Positions 13,711 through 25,749 of a DNA stretch of 64,000 nt are shown here, in pieces. Both the position numbers and the translations under genes were made by a program. Positions within the stretch are counted from its first letter, which is position 1. The number at the start of each line of letters is the position of its first letter. Source of the stretch: Camelus ferus (Eukaryota); assembly GCF_009834535.1 (NCBI RefSeq), contig NC_045697.1:68388001-68452000 (forward strand), written 5' to 3'. Below the pieces are notes generated by a model, which ran no database searches, had not been told where the DNA came from, and worked only from the letters and a program-made list of their open reading frames with translations.

Positions 13711-14199
13711 TGTTACCAACCTGTGTTCTTGGACTCTTTAATCAATAGAAATTGATAAGAGGCCAGAAGAAGAATCCAGGCAAGTCTTTGTTGGGATTTG
13801 TGCTTCAATATGAGGGAGAAAGAACAAGTAAGGGGTGCCTTTTGCTCTCTATCCGAGGGGAGGATGTTCTGGTTCTTTAAATGGGATGAGGGTGAGGGTG
13901 GATTGGTGTATCAGGCTGGAGGGGTGGCTTAGGTGGTGGGCCCACCTCCTTGGTGGTGCTGTGTGCAGGGGTCATGCATGCATGGTACCCTGCTTTTGCT
14001 CCAGGCACCTCAGAAGTGGCAATTGGGTTTTGGCCTTTTTGTGTCTTGTTTTTCATAATTTGTCCCCAGCTGCTCATGCATGCAGTTATTTTTAGTCTCT
14101 TATAGTTTCTTTGTATTCTGTTGCTCAAAGAGGAAGACATTTGTCTAGGTGCAAGCACTACAATAAGGAGCCCCAGGTCCCAGATTCCATCCTGTCTCA
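13711..14199 (-). mobile_element. Solo LTR, ERV1-like, comparatively young
   Basis: TG...CA termini (TGTTACC / CCTGTCTCA), 489 bp, higher GC than flanks, 4-bp flanks AGAT/ATAT (probable TSD, 1 mismatch). Confidence 0.8.
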
Positions 14200-14590
14200 A
14201 TATCACTACTCTCGTTGCTCAAATACCCTCCAGCCACCTGGAATTTTTTCACAGGCTCTTCCTTCATCTAAGTTGATTGTTATTATTTTTAATGAATTAT
14301 TCATTCTACCTAAAAGTCACAACCTCTTTTTCTCCTGATGAATAACTCCTAGTCACTCTTCAGACTGCAGCTTAAATGCCATTTTAAGCAAAAACTTCTA
14401 TAACTACATCCCCTAAAGTTCTTCCTGTTATTGTATGTCATTGCATCCTGTTCTTTTCCTTCATTGCATTTTTCACAGATTTCAACTGTGGATTTATCCT
14501 TGTTTGTTTAATGTCATTCTCAGACAACTAAAACTATATGTGCTTTTTTGAATCTAGCAACAGGTACTCAAAAATGGTATGTTGAACAAA
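14200..14590 (+). mobile_element. L2 3' fragment
   Basis: CCCTCCAGCCAC, TCTTCAGACTGCAGCTTAAATGCCA, ending CAGGTACTCAAAAATGGTATGTTGAA. Confidence 0.6.
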
Positions 14591-15849
14591 TTAGAGAAGT
14601 TTGGTTTTTGTTTTTGTTTCTTTAATAAGGGTAGCCTTGTACAATTTAAATAAAAGGAAAGGAGAAAATTATATTTAAATTAGCTTTCAAACAAAAATAA
14701 CAAATTACTATTGAATTTTACTATTTTCTGGCAAGTTAGCCTAAGGCTGGTTAACAAACCACTAAACTTTAACCATAGCATGCTAATTCATATATTTTAG
14801 CTCTAGCAACGTTGTTGGAGATGACAATAGTCCATTCAGTTATGTAGATCAAAATTTTACTGTGAGTATCCATATGGTTAATGTTCTGTTGTTTCGACTA
14901 TTGTACATCTCCACATTCATCCCAAGATTGTTCACACCTGCTTTGGATAATAACCAAGATGACCTGTACTGATGCAGCCTAGCAGTTGGCAAGAGAACCA
15001 ACTTATTGTTCCTTCCTCTCTCTCTCAAAGAGATAGTACAAAAATACTCTATCAAAGTCATCCTCACTTTAAAATATAATGATCTCATTCTGGTATACTT
15101 TCTTTGTTTTCTGTCCTCTAACTTTTGCTCAGTTATTTACATTCAGTCATTTGCATATTTTAATCAGTTGTAAGCCGACAGAAGACTAGAATCACAAGTA
15201 ACAAATTTCTTTTAAAATAATTAAAATATTTTTCAATAATTAAAAAAATACTTTGAAGTAAAATTATACATGGAAAAAAACAGAAAACAAAACAAAAAAA
15301 CACAAAACAAGTTCAATTGATTTTTAGTGTCTATGAAGGGTCTAGAATCTCACCTTACTTGCTTCCAAGACAGGAATCCAAGGAAAATTTAAAATTTTCA
15401 ATACATATTTTATTTATAAATTTTATATTTATTATTTGTACCATAAAGGATTTTATTTTACTATTTTAATATTACTTCTGTATTCCACTTACATAGAATG
15501 CAGATTAGTTTTTTTCCATATTAAGTTTATTCCCTAGTATTAATAGGTTTTCTATGCTCGTCTACAAACAGTTTTCTATAGGAAGATACATTCCAAATAT
15601 CAAGCCATTAATTAATTAGCAATTAATTACTTAGTCTTTTGTATGGCAAACTTTTTTACTTGAGAATTTGGGGGTAGTTATGGGTAAATAATCTAATCTA
15701 ATTATAAATAACCATAAAGGAGTTTAAGATGGATCCAAGGATTAAGGACACATAGTCAATTATTAACGAAAAAGATTTAAATAACACCAACATTGTGAGG
15801 TGTTAATTTATCAACCATGTTCATTTAACTTTTAGGCAAATATTTAGTA

Positions 15850-16350
15850 CAATACTGAAGAAGACATGAAAGAATAGGCATGAATGTATTTTTCCTGACT
15901 GCAAAAGAAAGCTTTTAATGTATTACCAGAAGATAAGATTTTGCAGTAGTTTTCTGAAAGGTGCTCAGAAAAAAAGCAAACTTTTTTTCAGTAATGGTTA
16001 TTAAAATGCAAAACATGATATTGGGTATCTGTCAATATGATGATATAATTTTATTTCCTTTTTAATCTTGTTAATGTAGTAAATTACATTAATAGATTTC
16101 CTGACATCAACTAATCTTTAAAGACTACTTTATGAGGTGTTTTTTCTTTGACACAGTGTTAGGTTGTATTTGCTATTATGTTATTTTGAATCTTGCATCT
16201 TTGCTCATATGTGAAAATGTTCTGCTTTTTTCTACATTAGTTTTGTTGCTTTGGTATCATGGTTTTTGCTCAACTTATAAAATTAGTTGAAAGATCTGGA
16301 ATTTTTAAATAAGAATCTTAGCTTCCTTGAAGAGTTGGTGAAATTTATAG
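15850..16350 (-). mobile_element. Ancient L1M ORF2 fragment
   Basis: AAAGCTTTTAATG, GTTAATGTAGTAAATTACATTAATAGATTT and TTTGCTATTATGTTATTTTGAATCTTGCATCT are typical of antisense old-L1 RT sequence. Confidence 0.6.
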
Positions 16351-19300
16351 CTTTTATGTTGCATTTAATTGTTTTTTAACTTGTATTTCTCCCAATCTTA
16401 CCTGTAAGTTCCTTCAGCTTAGATACCAGGTTCTGAACCTCTGTACATTTAATACTTAACATAGACTTTGCCACAAAGCAGGTATTCTGTGAATTTATGT
16501 TCAATGAATTAACAAAGTGATGCAGTTGGAGAATTCTTTGGATCAAGCACAAATAACAAAAGGGAAAGCTTTCTTTAAACTATTCTCTAAATTCTATGTA
16601 AATTTTATCCTAAATAATAAATGATCCCTCCACTTTAAAAAAAAATCAACATATAGGAAAGATTTCTCTTATAACAGTATTGTTAGCTGAATGCCATTTC
16701 TGCAACTCCTATGGAATTTTTTTGTTTCTGTTTCAGCTATTGTCATGTTTACTGTTCCTATTCTGCAAAATAATTCTGTGTGATTTAGAGGGAAGAGAAG
16801 CCTTGTCTATTCAAACAACAAGTTAGCCCACCATACCCTACTGGCAGTCAACTCATGTTAACTCAAGTTCAGTCATCATAGCAAGGCAGCAAAGTCACTA
16901 GCCTGCTGAAAGCAATGAAGACTAGTGGAACTTTATAGTGTTTCATGCCAAAGACTTAACAGAAAGAGGTTATAATGTACCATATAAACAGCAGTGTTTT
17001 GTTCAAAGATCGATTTCTGTGGCTTCCTGAACCACACTTGACTTTCATTCATTCTCACAAGTCATGAATGTCACAGAATATTCAGGTCTTGAACTTACAG
17101 CCATACAGTAAACAGTAAAATGTTAATTTTGTCTTTTAAGAAATGATAGAGTTTAAGAGGAAACATTAAGATAGAGAAGACAACAAAATGTTGTACATTT
17201 GAAAAGGTGTAAAATGTTTTCAAAGACCTGGAAATTTATACCTGTGTTCTGCTTTTTCAAAAACAAAGGAACTGAAAAATAATGGAACTGTAATGAATGC
17301 ACATATATTTGTTACTCATGTTTTGGAAATGAACCCTCAATGTTTTTTTTTCTTCTATTATTGACAACTGAGATTTTTAGCATGCTCTTAAAAATAAAAA
17401 CATGAGAAAAGTACTTAATATTCAAAATATCTCCTTACTATATTCTACTATGCATTTTTATTCTCTCTTCTAAATGTTCTGAGCTTTTCCTCCTTATAGA
17501 CTGCTTAAGCTCTTTCATAGAATAGACTGTCTCCTTTATCTTTATATCCTTTAATATGCCTGGCATAATGTCACTTACAAAGTAAAACATTCTATAAATA
17601 TATTTAAACTTTCTTTTTAAAGATTATCAAAAATATACCAATGTAAAACAATGACATTAAGAGACAAATTAAATGGAAAGTTTAAAGCATTTACTAGAAC
17701 CTAACAAACCATATAGGAAACATAATTGACTGTGCAAACTTGAGGTAATATATTACTCTCCCTATAATGTAAATGTTCTTCATAGGCTTGGTCATGCAAG
17801 GCCAAATATCTCATTTGTCATTATCCAACACTTTTTCTTCAAGAATTTAAATGTTCCTACAGATTTTTTCCCCCTAAGTCAGAAGTTCTTGCAATTGGAA
17901 TTACTAGTTAGAAAACTCATAGTTCAAAGTTTAGGTTTGCATAGTTCTGCTAAATGTTGGAATTTTTCATGCTATTCTTAACTTAAAAAAAAAAAATCCT
18001 TGAGAAAAAAGTATAAATTACATTGGAATACCAGGCAGATTTTAGACAAATGGACGCAGATGGAAGTTTCAGAACTTTACAAAACCCTTGAACAGACATT
18101 TTTCTCCCAATTTTTTCTTTGTTGATTAAAAGCCATTGTAGAAAGATTGAAGCCAAGGGAATTATTCACATATATACTTAGTAATATTGAAATATTAGGC
18201 TGACAGTCTTTCTCGTTGTATTTTTTCACATTATAAAGTGCCCCAAGCATTGTAGTAATTTCCTTCCTTGGAATATATAAATTGCCCTATATAAACTCTG
18301 ACTATTGTTGCTGAGTTGGGCTTTAAGATTTTCTCTTGGGGCATTATAATAAGCTAAGCACCCATATTTGTCTTAAAATTCATTGTCTAATCACATAAGC
18401 CTCCAGTATGACAAATCCCATTATTTTATGGCTCTTTTGTCTAACTTTAACAAAAAGTTTTAAATACAATTTTAGCTTCTTTCTGTATAGAAGTAAATCA
18501 TTGTTTCAGGAAGACACAATCCTTGTAGGTAAAATTATCGTGCCAAATGGTATGAGCCGTGTTTCCGTAAATTTTTTTTTAAATTCTCTATAGCTTATTT
18601 CCAGGGTTGTGTCAGTTAATTTATTCAATGAGTATGTATTACATGTCGGGGTAGGGATTGGCAATAAACCAAGTGGTGAAAAACTAATTGGGTGTTGAAA
18701 GAACTAAGAGACAAATGTTTTGTTGAGGAAGGTAAGAGTAGGTAGAAGACATTTAGGTAGATCAGAGGCCCAGGATACACATTACAACTCAGGATATCCA
18801 GTTATTCATTACTCTCTCCTACCAGCAGGAACATACTGAGGGAGCCTTGAAAATCAAGAGTAGCAAAGTGTCCACTATTACAGTTATACTGGTTGTCCAC
18901 AAAGATGTACTCTTACAAACAAGGAGGGATTGAATTAGTTTGCCTATAATTTATTCAGTGATAAAGTGTAGAGAAAATTCACTAAAAAGTAAAAGGAATA
19001 GGAATAGCTTGCAGAATTGAAAATGCTGGTTCAAGTGTTTCAATTTATATTCCTCTATGGATCTGAAGTAATGGCATTCTGTAGAAAATGCCTTAGCTTT
19101 CCAAAGTCAGACACTTAGAAATGGATTTACAATTACATATTTGTTTTCTGAGCTCCTGGATAAGTGTCATGAAGGCAGAAACAGGACTTGCCATGTTTAT
19201 TTCTTCCCCTAAACCACAGTACCCAGATTCCGAAAGGGCTCAAAAAGTACTTGTTGAATAAATAGGTACATTAAAATCGAGCCTAAGAGTTGCATCATTT

Positions 19301-20924
19301 CTCTGTTTGGATTAAGAAAAAAGAGAAAGAAAATGTTGACATAAATTGAAAATTAACTTTTTAAAAACTGCTTTTTAGTTTGCAAGCTAAATTTCCAGCT
19401 GGATTAAAGCTAAGTAGTAAAGCCAACTTGTGAAAAGTAGGTTTAGTAATGCAAATATAGGCAGCACCATTGTGTGAATAGCATCATTAGGATCTTTTCC
19501 CTTTTTCCTTACTCACATTTAGGAAACTATCAAATTACATTCTGGCAGGCACAGGATAATGGGAAAAAGGGGTAGCCAAAGAACAAGGCATTCATTACTG
19601 ATTTGAACAGTATGGTAAAATCTCAAACTCGTTAATAAGTCCCAGAGCAGCAAATGTCCTAATATTGAAAATGAAGCATTAGTTGTAAAGCAATATCATG
19701 CTAGAGAGCTTTGTTAAAATGAGATTTTAAAAATCTTTAAATAGCTGATATTTAAAGAAATAACAGTATTATAATTGGAAGATACTTAATTCAGTTATGT
19801 ATATCCTCTCCAGACTAATGAATTAGTTTTTGAGAGAGAACTATAGTACATTTGGACGATAAAATTAAATTAATTAACTCAGTGTCACAGTACACAGAGA
19901 TTTCAAACACAAAAAGCACAGTGTTACCTGAACATGAGCCAGAAACTCGGTTTTCCAGATGTAGACCTAGATGATAGCTGTAATTCATGTCATTTTATGA
20001 CATTTCATGGAACATTTGGTCATTATGACATTTATGATGCAATGAAATAGGCCATAAAGTGCTGTAAATTGTTGGGAACAAAAGACATTCATATTTGTGA
20101 TAGGTATTTTAGTTTCAATCAAGATGTTAGTAGGTTAAATCAAAACTTAACTTAGAGTTGAATGTTATAGTTTGTTTCTTTTTCCTTCTTCCCTCCCCAA
20201 ATCCTCTCAATCATTCTTTCCTCTTTATCATTCCCTCTCTCTCTCCTTTCTTTCCATTAAATCAAATGAGTAGTACAGAAGGACTGTAAGTTTAGAAAAA
20301 TTATTTTTTCATATTTTCTATTTTAGTATTTCTGGAGAGTGAAATAACCTATAAATTTTAGTCTATATGAATGAGAATAGCAAATCTAGAAATTGCAAAA
20401 TATATGATTGTCAGTTCATTTGTATATATCTCCTGCTTGGGGAACATGTGGAACATGCATAATTTCTGATAGTAAGTGATGACTGTGTTTTCTGGTAACA
20501 TTATTTCCTGAAAACCTTTTTAGCACCTACTGTAAGATTTTTAAAATATCAGAATTTACCTTGTTATATTATGCATGAAATGAGTACAAATTGGTTTTCA
20601 AGAAATAGATTTAAAATGCATATACTTTTTTAGTAAGAGAAAGACAAACGTGTGCCAGAGAACATTTCACTAACAAAGCTTGCGTATTGTTTTAGATCTT
20701 GTTATTTATTCTTTAGGTTAGTATTTAGATAGTCACCAGAGTATGACTCTAATATTAAAGTTTGATGTATTCCAAAAACATAATTAGCCACAATGCTCAA
20801 TGAAATATATTAGTATAAGTATGCAGCTGAAATAGTATATGAAAGCAAGTAAGAGAATTGCTATTATTACCAAGAATACAACATTGCAAACTTGTAATTT
20901 TGTGGTTGGTCTACAAATAAAAGT

Positions 20925-21610
20925 TTAATTCCCTCATCAAATTTCTTTTCTGCTTACTTTGGATTTAATGTTTTCTTTTTCTAGTTTCCTAATGTGAAAA
21001 TTTAGAAATTTAGATCATTGAGTTTAGACCTTTCTTCTTTTTAAATATATGAATGCAATATTATAAATTTCTCTCTAAGCACTACTTTTCACAGCATATC
21101 TCAAATTTTGAAAAGTTTTATTTTCATTTTCACTTGTTTCAAAATATTTTTAAATTTCTCTTTAGAATGCATCTTTGACCCATGTATTATTTAGAAGTGT
21201 GTCGTTCAATCCTCACATATTTTGGATTTTTCTAGTTATTTTTCTGTTATTGATTTCTAGTTTTACTTTATTGTGGTCTGAGAGTAATACATTATATGGT
21301 TTCTATTCTTTTAAATTTATGAAGACGTGTTTTGTGGCCCAGAATATGGAATTTGGGTGAATGCTCTATGTGAGCTTGAGAAAAATGTATATGTATTCTG
21401 CAATTTTTAGTTGAAGTAGTTTGGAGATGTTAATAATATCCAATTGATGGTGCAGTTGAGTTCAGTTATGTCCTTACTGATTTTGCCAATTTGTTTCTGT
21501 AGAGATAACAGTGTTTGTTTTTCCATCTGGCTCTTTTCAGATTTTTTCTTTATCTTTGATTTTCAGTAGTTGAAGAAGATATGCCCAGTTGTATCTATTT
21601 CCTATGTCTT
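20925..21610 (-). mobile_element. Old L1M ORF2 fragments
   Basis: TTTCTGCTTACTTTGGATTT, ATAAATTTCTCTCTAAGCACT, TTGTGGTCTGAGAG, GTGAGCTTGAGAAAAATGT. Confidence 0.8.
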
Positions 21611-21789
21611 GTTGTTTAATGACATCGTTAATCTATCTTGAGAGTGGATATTCACAAGACTCCATTTTGTTGCTGAAATTTTTGTTGGTAGAATGCCAAT
21701 ATCTATGAATCTGGATTATAAAATCTTATTAGATTTTCTGGTACCAGTAAAGTGGAAGCTGCAAGATTTTGTGGCCTTATATTTTTATT

Positions 21790-23340
21790 CTTTTCATTAT
21801 TACTTTTCTATTTATATACAGTAAAATTCACTATTATTGTATAAAGTTATATAGATCTTAATAAATGTATGTAGTCATGTATCCAGCACAGTTATGATAT
21901 ACAGCAGTTCCATTACCCCAAAATTGTCTTACGTGGTCCGTTTAGAATCAATCCCTTTCCCAGCCCCGAATTCCTGAAAAACACTGATATGTTCTCATCT
22001 CTATAGTTTTGGATTTTCAAGAATGTTATATAAATGGAAACATATAATATGTAACCTTTGGGTGTTTAAATTCTTTTACTTAGCAAAATATATTTCCATA
22101 TTATTGTGTGAATCAATATTTTATTCCTTTTATTGCCAAGCAGAATTCTGTTGTATTGAGATTTCAAATTTTGTTTAACCATTCAACAATTGAAATACAA
22201 ATGGTTTAGTTTCCATTTTTGGTGGTTAACAGTAAAGCTGATATCCATTTAGAAACAGATTTTTGTAAGATTATGTTTTTATTTCTCTAGGCCAAATACC
22301 TAGGAGAAGGATTATTGGCTCATATGGCAAGTGTATGTTTAACTTTACAAGAAGCTACCAAACTGGTTTCCAAAGCACTTGCATCATTTTACATTCCTAC
22401 CAGCAAAATATGAGAGTTCCAGTTGCTCCACATCCTCACCAGTACTTGGTATTATAAGTGTTTTTTTGTTTTTGTTTTTGTTTTTTTCATTTTAGCGAAG
22501 TTAAGAAGTATATACCTGTATCTTGTGTGGCCTTAAGTTACATTTCCCTAATGATTAATTTTGTTGAGTATCTTTTCCTGTGCTTTAATATCACCAAAAT
22601 GTCTTCTTTGGTGCAGTGTCCGATCAGATTCTTTGCTCATTTTTCATATTCGGGTTTTTTTTCACTGTTTGAGTTTTAGAAAACTTTATGTACTCTAGGT
22701 ACACGTCCTTTGTCAGAAATGTGATTTACGAATATTTCTCCAGCTCTGTGATTGATCTCTTCATTCTCTCAATAGTTCCTTCATAGAATAAAAGGTTTTA
22801 ATTTTTATGAAGTCTAATTTAGCAATTTTTCTTTCATATATCATGTTCCTGGTGTCTTATGTAAGAACTCTAGCTAACCCAAGACCATGATTTTCAACTA
22901 TTATTTCTTCTAGAACTTACAGAGTTCAAAATTTTATATTAATCTAACATTCACTTTGAATTAACTTCTGTGAAATGTGTGAGGTATTTATTGAGGTCCA
23001 TTTTTGCATATGAATGTCCACTTATTCCAACACCATTTATTAAAAAAAGACTATCCTTTCTCTATTAAATTGCTTTGCTCCTTTGTCAAAAATTGGTCAT
23101 TGAGGTGGGGAAGTGACATTGGTAATAGCTCAGTGGTAGAGCATGTACTTAGCATGTACTGTATGAGGTCCTGGATTCAATCTCCAGTACCTCTTTTAAA
23201 AAAAATCAGTCATTTTTGAAGGGTTTATTTCTGGACTGAATGTTCTGTTCTTTGATTTATGATTCTACACTTTAAACCAACAATTGTAGCTTTGTACTAA
23301 GTCTTCAAATCAGGTAATGTGAGTATTCCAAATTTGCTCT
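21790..23340 (-). mobile_element. Old L1 (L1MB/MC-like) 3' end, containing a SINE insertion
   Basis: 3' UTR plus antisense ORF2 C-terminus (AAATACCTAGGAG, GAGAGTTCCAGTTGCTCCACATCCTCACCAGTACTTGG, CCAACACCATTTATT). Confidence 0.85.
23102..23200 (+). mobile_element. tRNA-derived SINE, vic-1-like (camelid)
   Basis: A box TAGCTCAGTGG (23126-23136), B-box-like GGATTCAATCTCC (23173-23185), short A tail. TSD AAAAATTGGTCATT (23088-23101) / AAAAATCAGTCATT (23201-23214). Confidence 0.88.
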
Positions 23341-23344
23341 GAAG

Positions 23345-23530
23345 GGGAAAGAAAATGAAAGATTACTTTTAGTCATTTATGGGCCATCTCTGGAAGTATT
23401 TACATCATTGTCAAAATTCAGTCACATGTCCTCACCTACCTGCAAAGGGTGCAAGTAAATGCAGGTTAGCTCTATGGAAGGAAGGAAGAAGAAACAATTT
23501 TGGTAAACAGTCAGTCAGTTCCTGCAACAG
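23345..23530 (-). mobile_element. Old MLT1 LTR fragment
   Basis: CAGTCACATGTCCTCACCTACCTGCAAAGG, ending CCTGCAACA. A further piece probably lies at ~21620-21780. Confidence 0.55.
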
Positions 23531-24788
23531 ACATCAATAAGTGTTTCATTTTTAGCAACAGAGCAGTCAGTATAAATTAATTTTGCTTCAACTGTATCTT
23601 TCCAAGCTCATCTTTTATTTTCCTTGGAAAAACTTTACTAAACAGTAATATTTTCCTAAGTCTTACGATTATGTTTTCTCCTACTTCTGCTTTGTTTCTA
23701 CTTCTCAAAAATCCTACCAGTCACTCATAGGTTGTCTCAGATGCCACCTACTAAATGAGATATTTCTAGATTCTTAATGATATGTATGATCTCTCCTTTC
23801 TCTGAATTTTCACAATGCTTTATGTTAATAGTTATGTTTATATATTTTATTTTCTTCATAATTATTTATATACTCTTAGGACTTCTACTAGGTTTATAGT
23901 CCTTGAAGAAAATGACTGCAGCTTATAAATATATGTTATATGCATTCCTATATTCCTAACACAAGAACTCAGTAAACATGTGTTTTACTGTTGATGGTTC
24001 AGCCAAATGGCCCTAACATTCTTAGTGAATTAAATTGAAGTCATAATCAGGCCAAAGTTCAAATGAAAGAATATCAGAATTTATATGGCATTTTTTCATT
24101 GTGAAATGCTTTTATAAGGGTCAATGTATTGCTTTCTAAATAACAATCCCCCTAAAGCTGTCAGGGGTTAGAGAAGGTGGCTGGAGGACAGAAGGACAGG
24201 GAACTGATTTCTAAAAACCTAGACCTACGGTAATTCTCATGGCCACGATTCTTACAAGATCACCAATTTGTCATTGCTACAGGAAAGAATGCAATTTATA
24301 CCTCTATTATTTTCTATACCTTTTGTCTACCATATCCCAGTTACACTTTTTAAAGTGAGTTGAAGTAGGATGAGGAACAAGAATAAGAGAATAAAATAAG
24401 GTGGATAACCCTGAGCCTAAGGTGATTTGAAATATTCTTTGGCCTATACAGGACAAATGAATGTCAGACTAATAATATAGAGAGAAGCATTTTCTGGCTG
24501 CAGATTTCTTTAATTAAATTAAAAAGTGCAATGCCATTAGTTAATTTAGTCTACAGTATTTTAAAGGAACCACTGGACATTCTCAGCACTTTTCTCTCTC
24601 ATTTCTGTTATGGGCAGTCCCTCTCTAATTTGGTTTTCTCCAGGTGCCATTATAAACTACACTTTTTTATAGGCAGATATTGTACTTAAACAATATTAGA
24701 AATAGCCAGTACAAGTATATCTGTGTCATCAATATTGCATTTATTCTTTTTATTTCTAAGAAAAAATAGTATTTTTGTTAACATGTAC

Positions 24789-25650
24789 TGTAAGATAGTA
24801 GGGAAAAAAGTATATGTATATTAATCTCTGCCCCTGGTTCCTGACACTGTTCTCCTGAAACTCTTGTAATTTCCTAGGTGATAAAAGTGTCTGCTGTTCT
24901 AATGAGGCAACTCTGGGTGGGATCCTGGAAGAGGGTTGGTCACCAGAAAGACGAAGCCATGATTAGAAGCTCCCTACTCCACATTCTCCTGAGAAGGGAG
25001 AAGGGCCTTGAAATGAAATTAATGATTCATCACGCCTACATAAGGAAGCCTCCATAAAATCCCAAAAGTATGAGTTAAGAGAGCTTCCAGTTTTGCAAAC
25101 TTATAAGGTGACACACTCCAACTCCACAGGGACAGAGAAGCTCCTGCACCCAGAACCCTCCTAGACTTTACCCTATATATCTTGTCTTCTCATGTTTATC
25201 TGAATCTTTTATCATATCCTTTAATAAACTGGTAAACGTAAATAAGTGTTTCCCCGAGTTCTGTGAGCCACTCTAGCAAGTTAATTGAACCTGAGAAGAA
25301 GGTCAGTGGAACCTCCAATCTATAGGTGGTTTGTCAGAAGTATAGGTGATATTTACATCACCTATAATCTGGGCTTGTGAATGGTATCTGAAGTGGAAGT
25401 GAGGGCAGTCTTGTGGCATTGAGCCTTAGATGTGAAATCTGTCACTATCTCCAGGCAGATAGTGTTCAAATTAAGTTAAATTGTAGGACACTCGGCTTGT
25501 GTCATGGAGACTTGCTTATGGTTGTGGGGGAAAACCCTACACATCTAGAGACCAGAGGTATCAGAAATGAAGTGTTTTGTGTGGATAGTAAAGAAGACAC
25601 ACAAGGAAGAAAAATACAGCTGCAAAGGTAACTGAGTTTTTCTCTACATA
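24789..25650 (+). mobile_element. MER21-like LTR
   Basis: TCTCTGCCCCTGGTTCCTGACAC, GGTCACCAGAAAGAC.AAGCCATGATTAGA, GAAGCCTCCATAAAA, AATAAA at ~25223, GAGTTCTGTGAGCCACTCTAGCAA. Confidence 0.85.
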
Positions 25651-25749
25651 AGAAGGAAATAAGGATTTTCTTTCATGTACGCACAACATGTTGATGAATT
25701 TTTTTGTCTTCTTGTCCCAAAAGTATCATATCTCTCTAAATATTATCAC

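Noticed and set aside
23102..23200. tRNA gene
   Set aside because: It has an A tail, TSDs, a degenerate B box and sits inside an L1, so it is a SINE.
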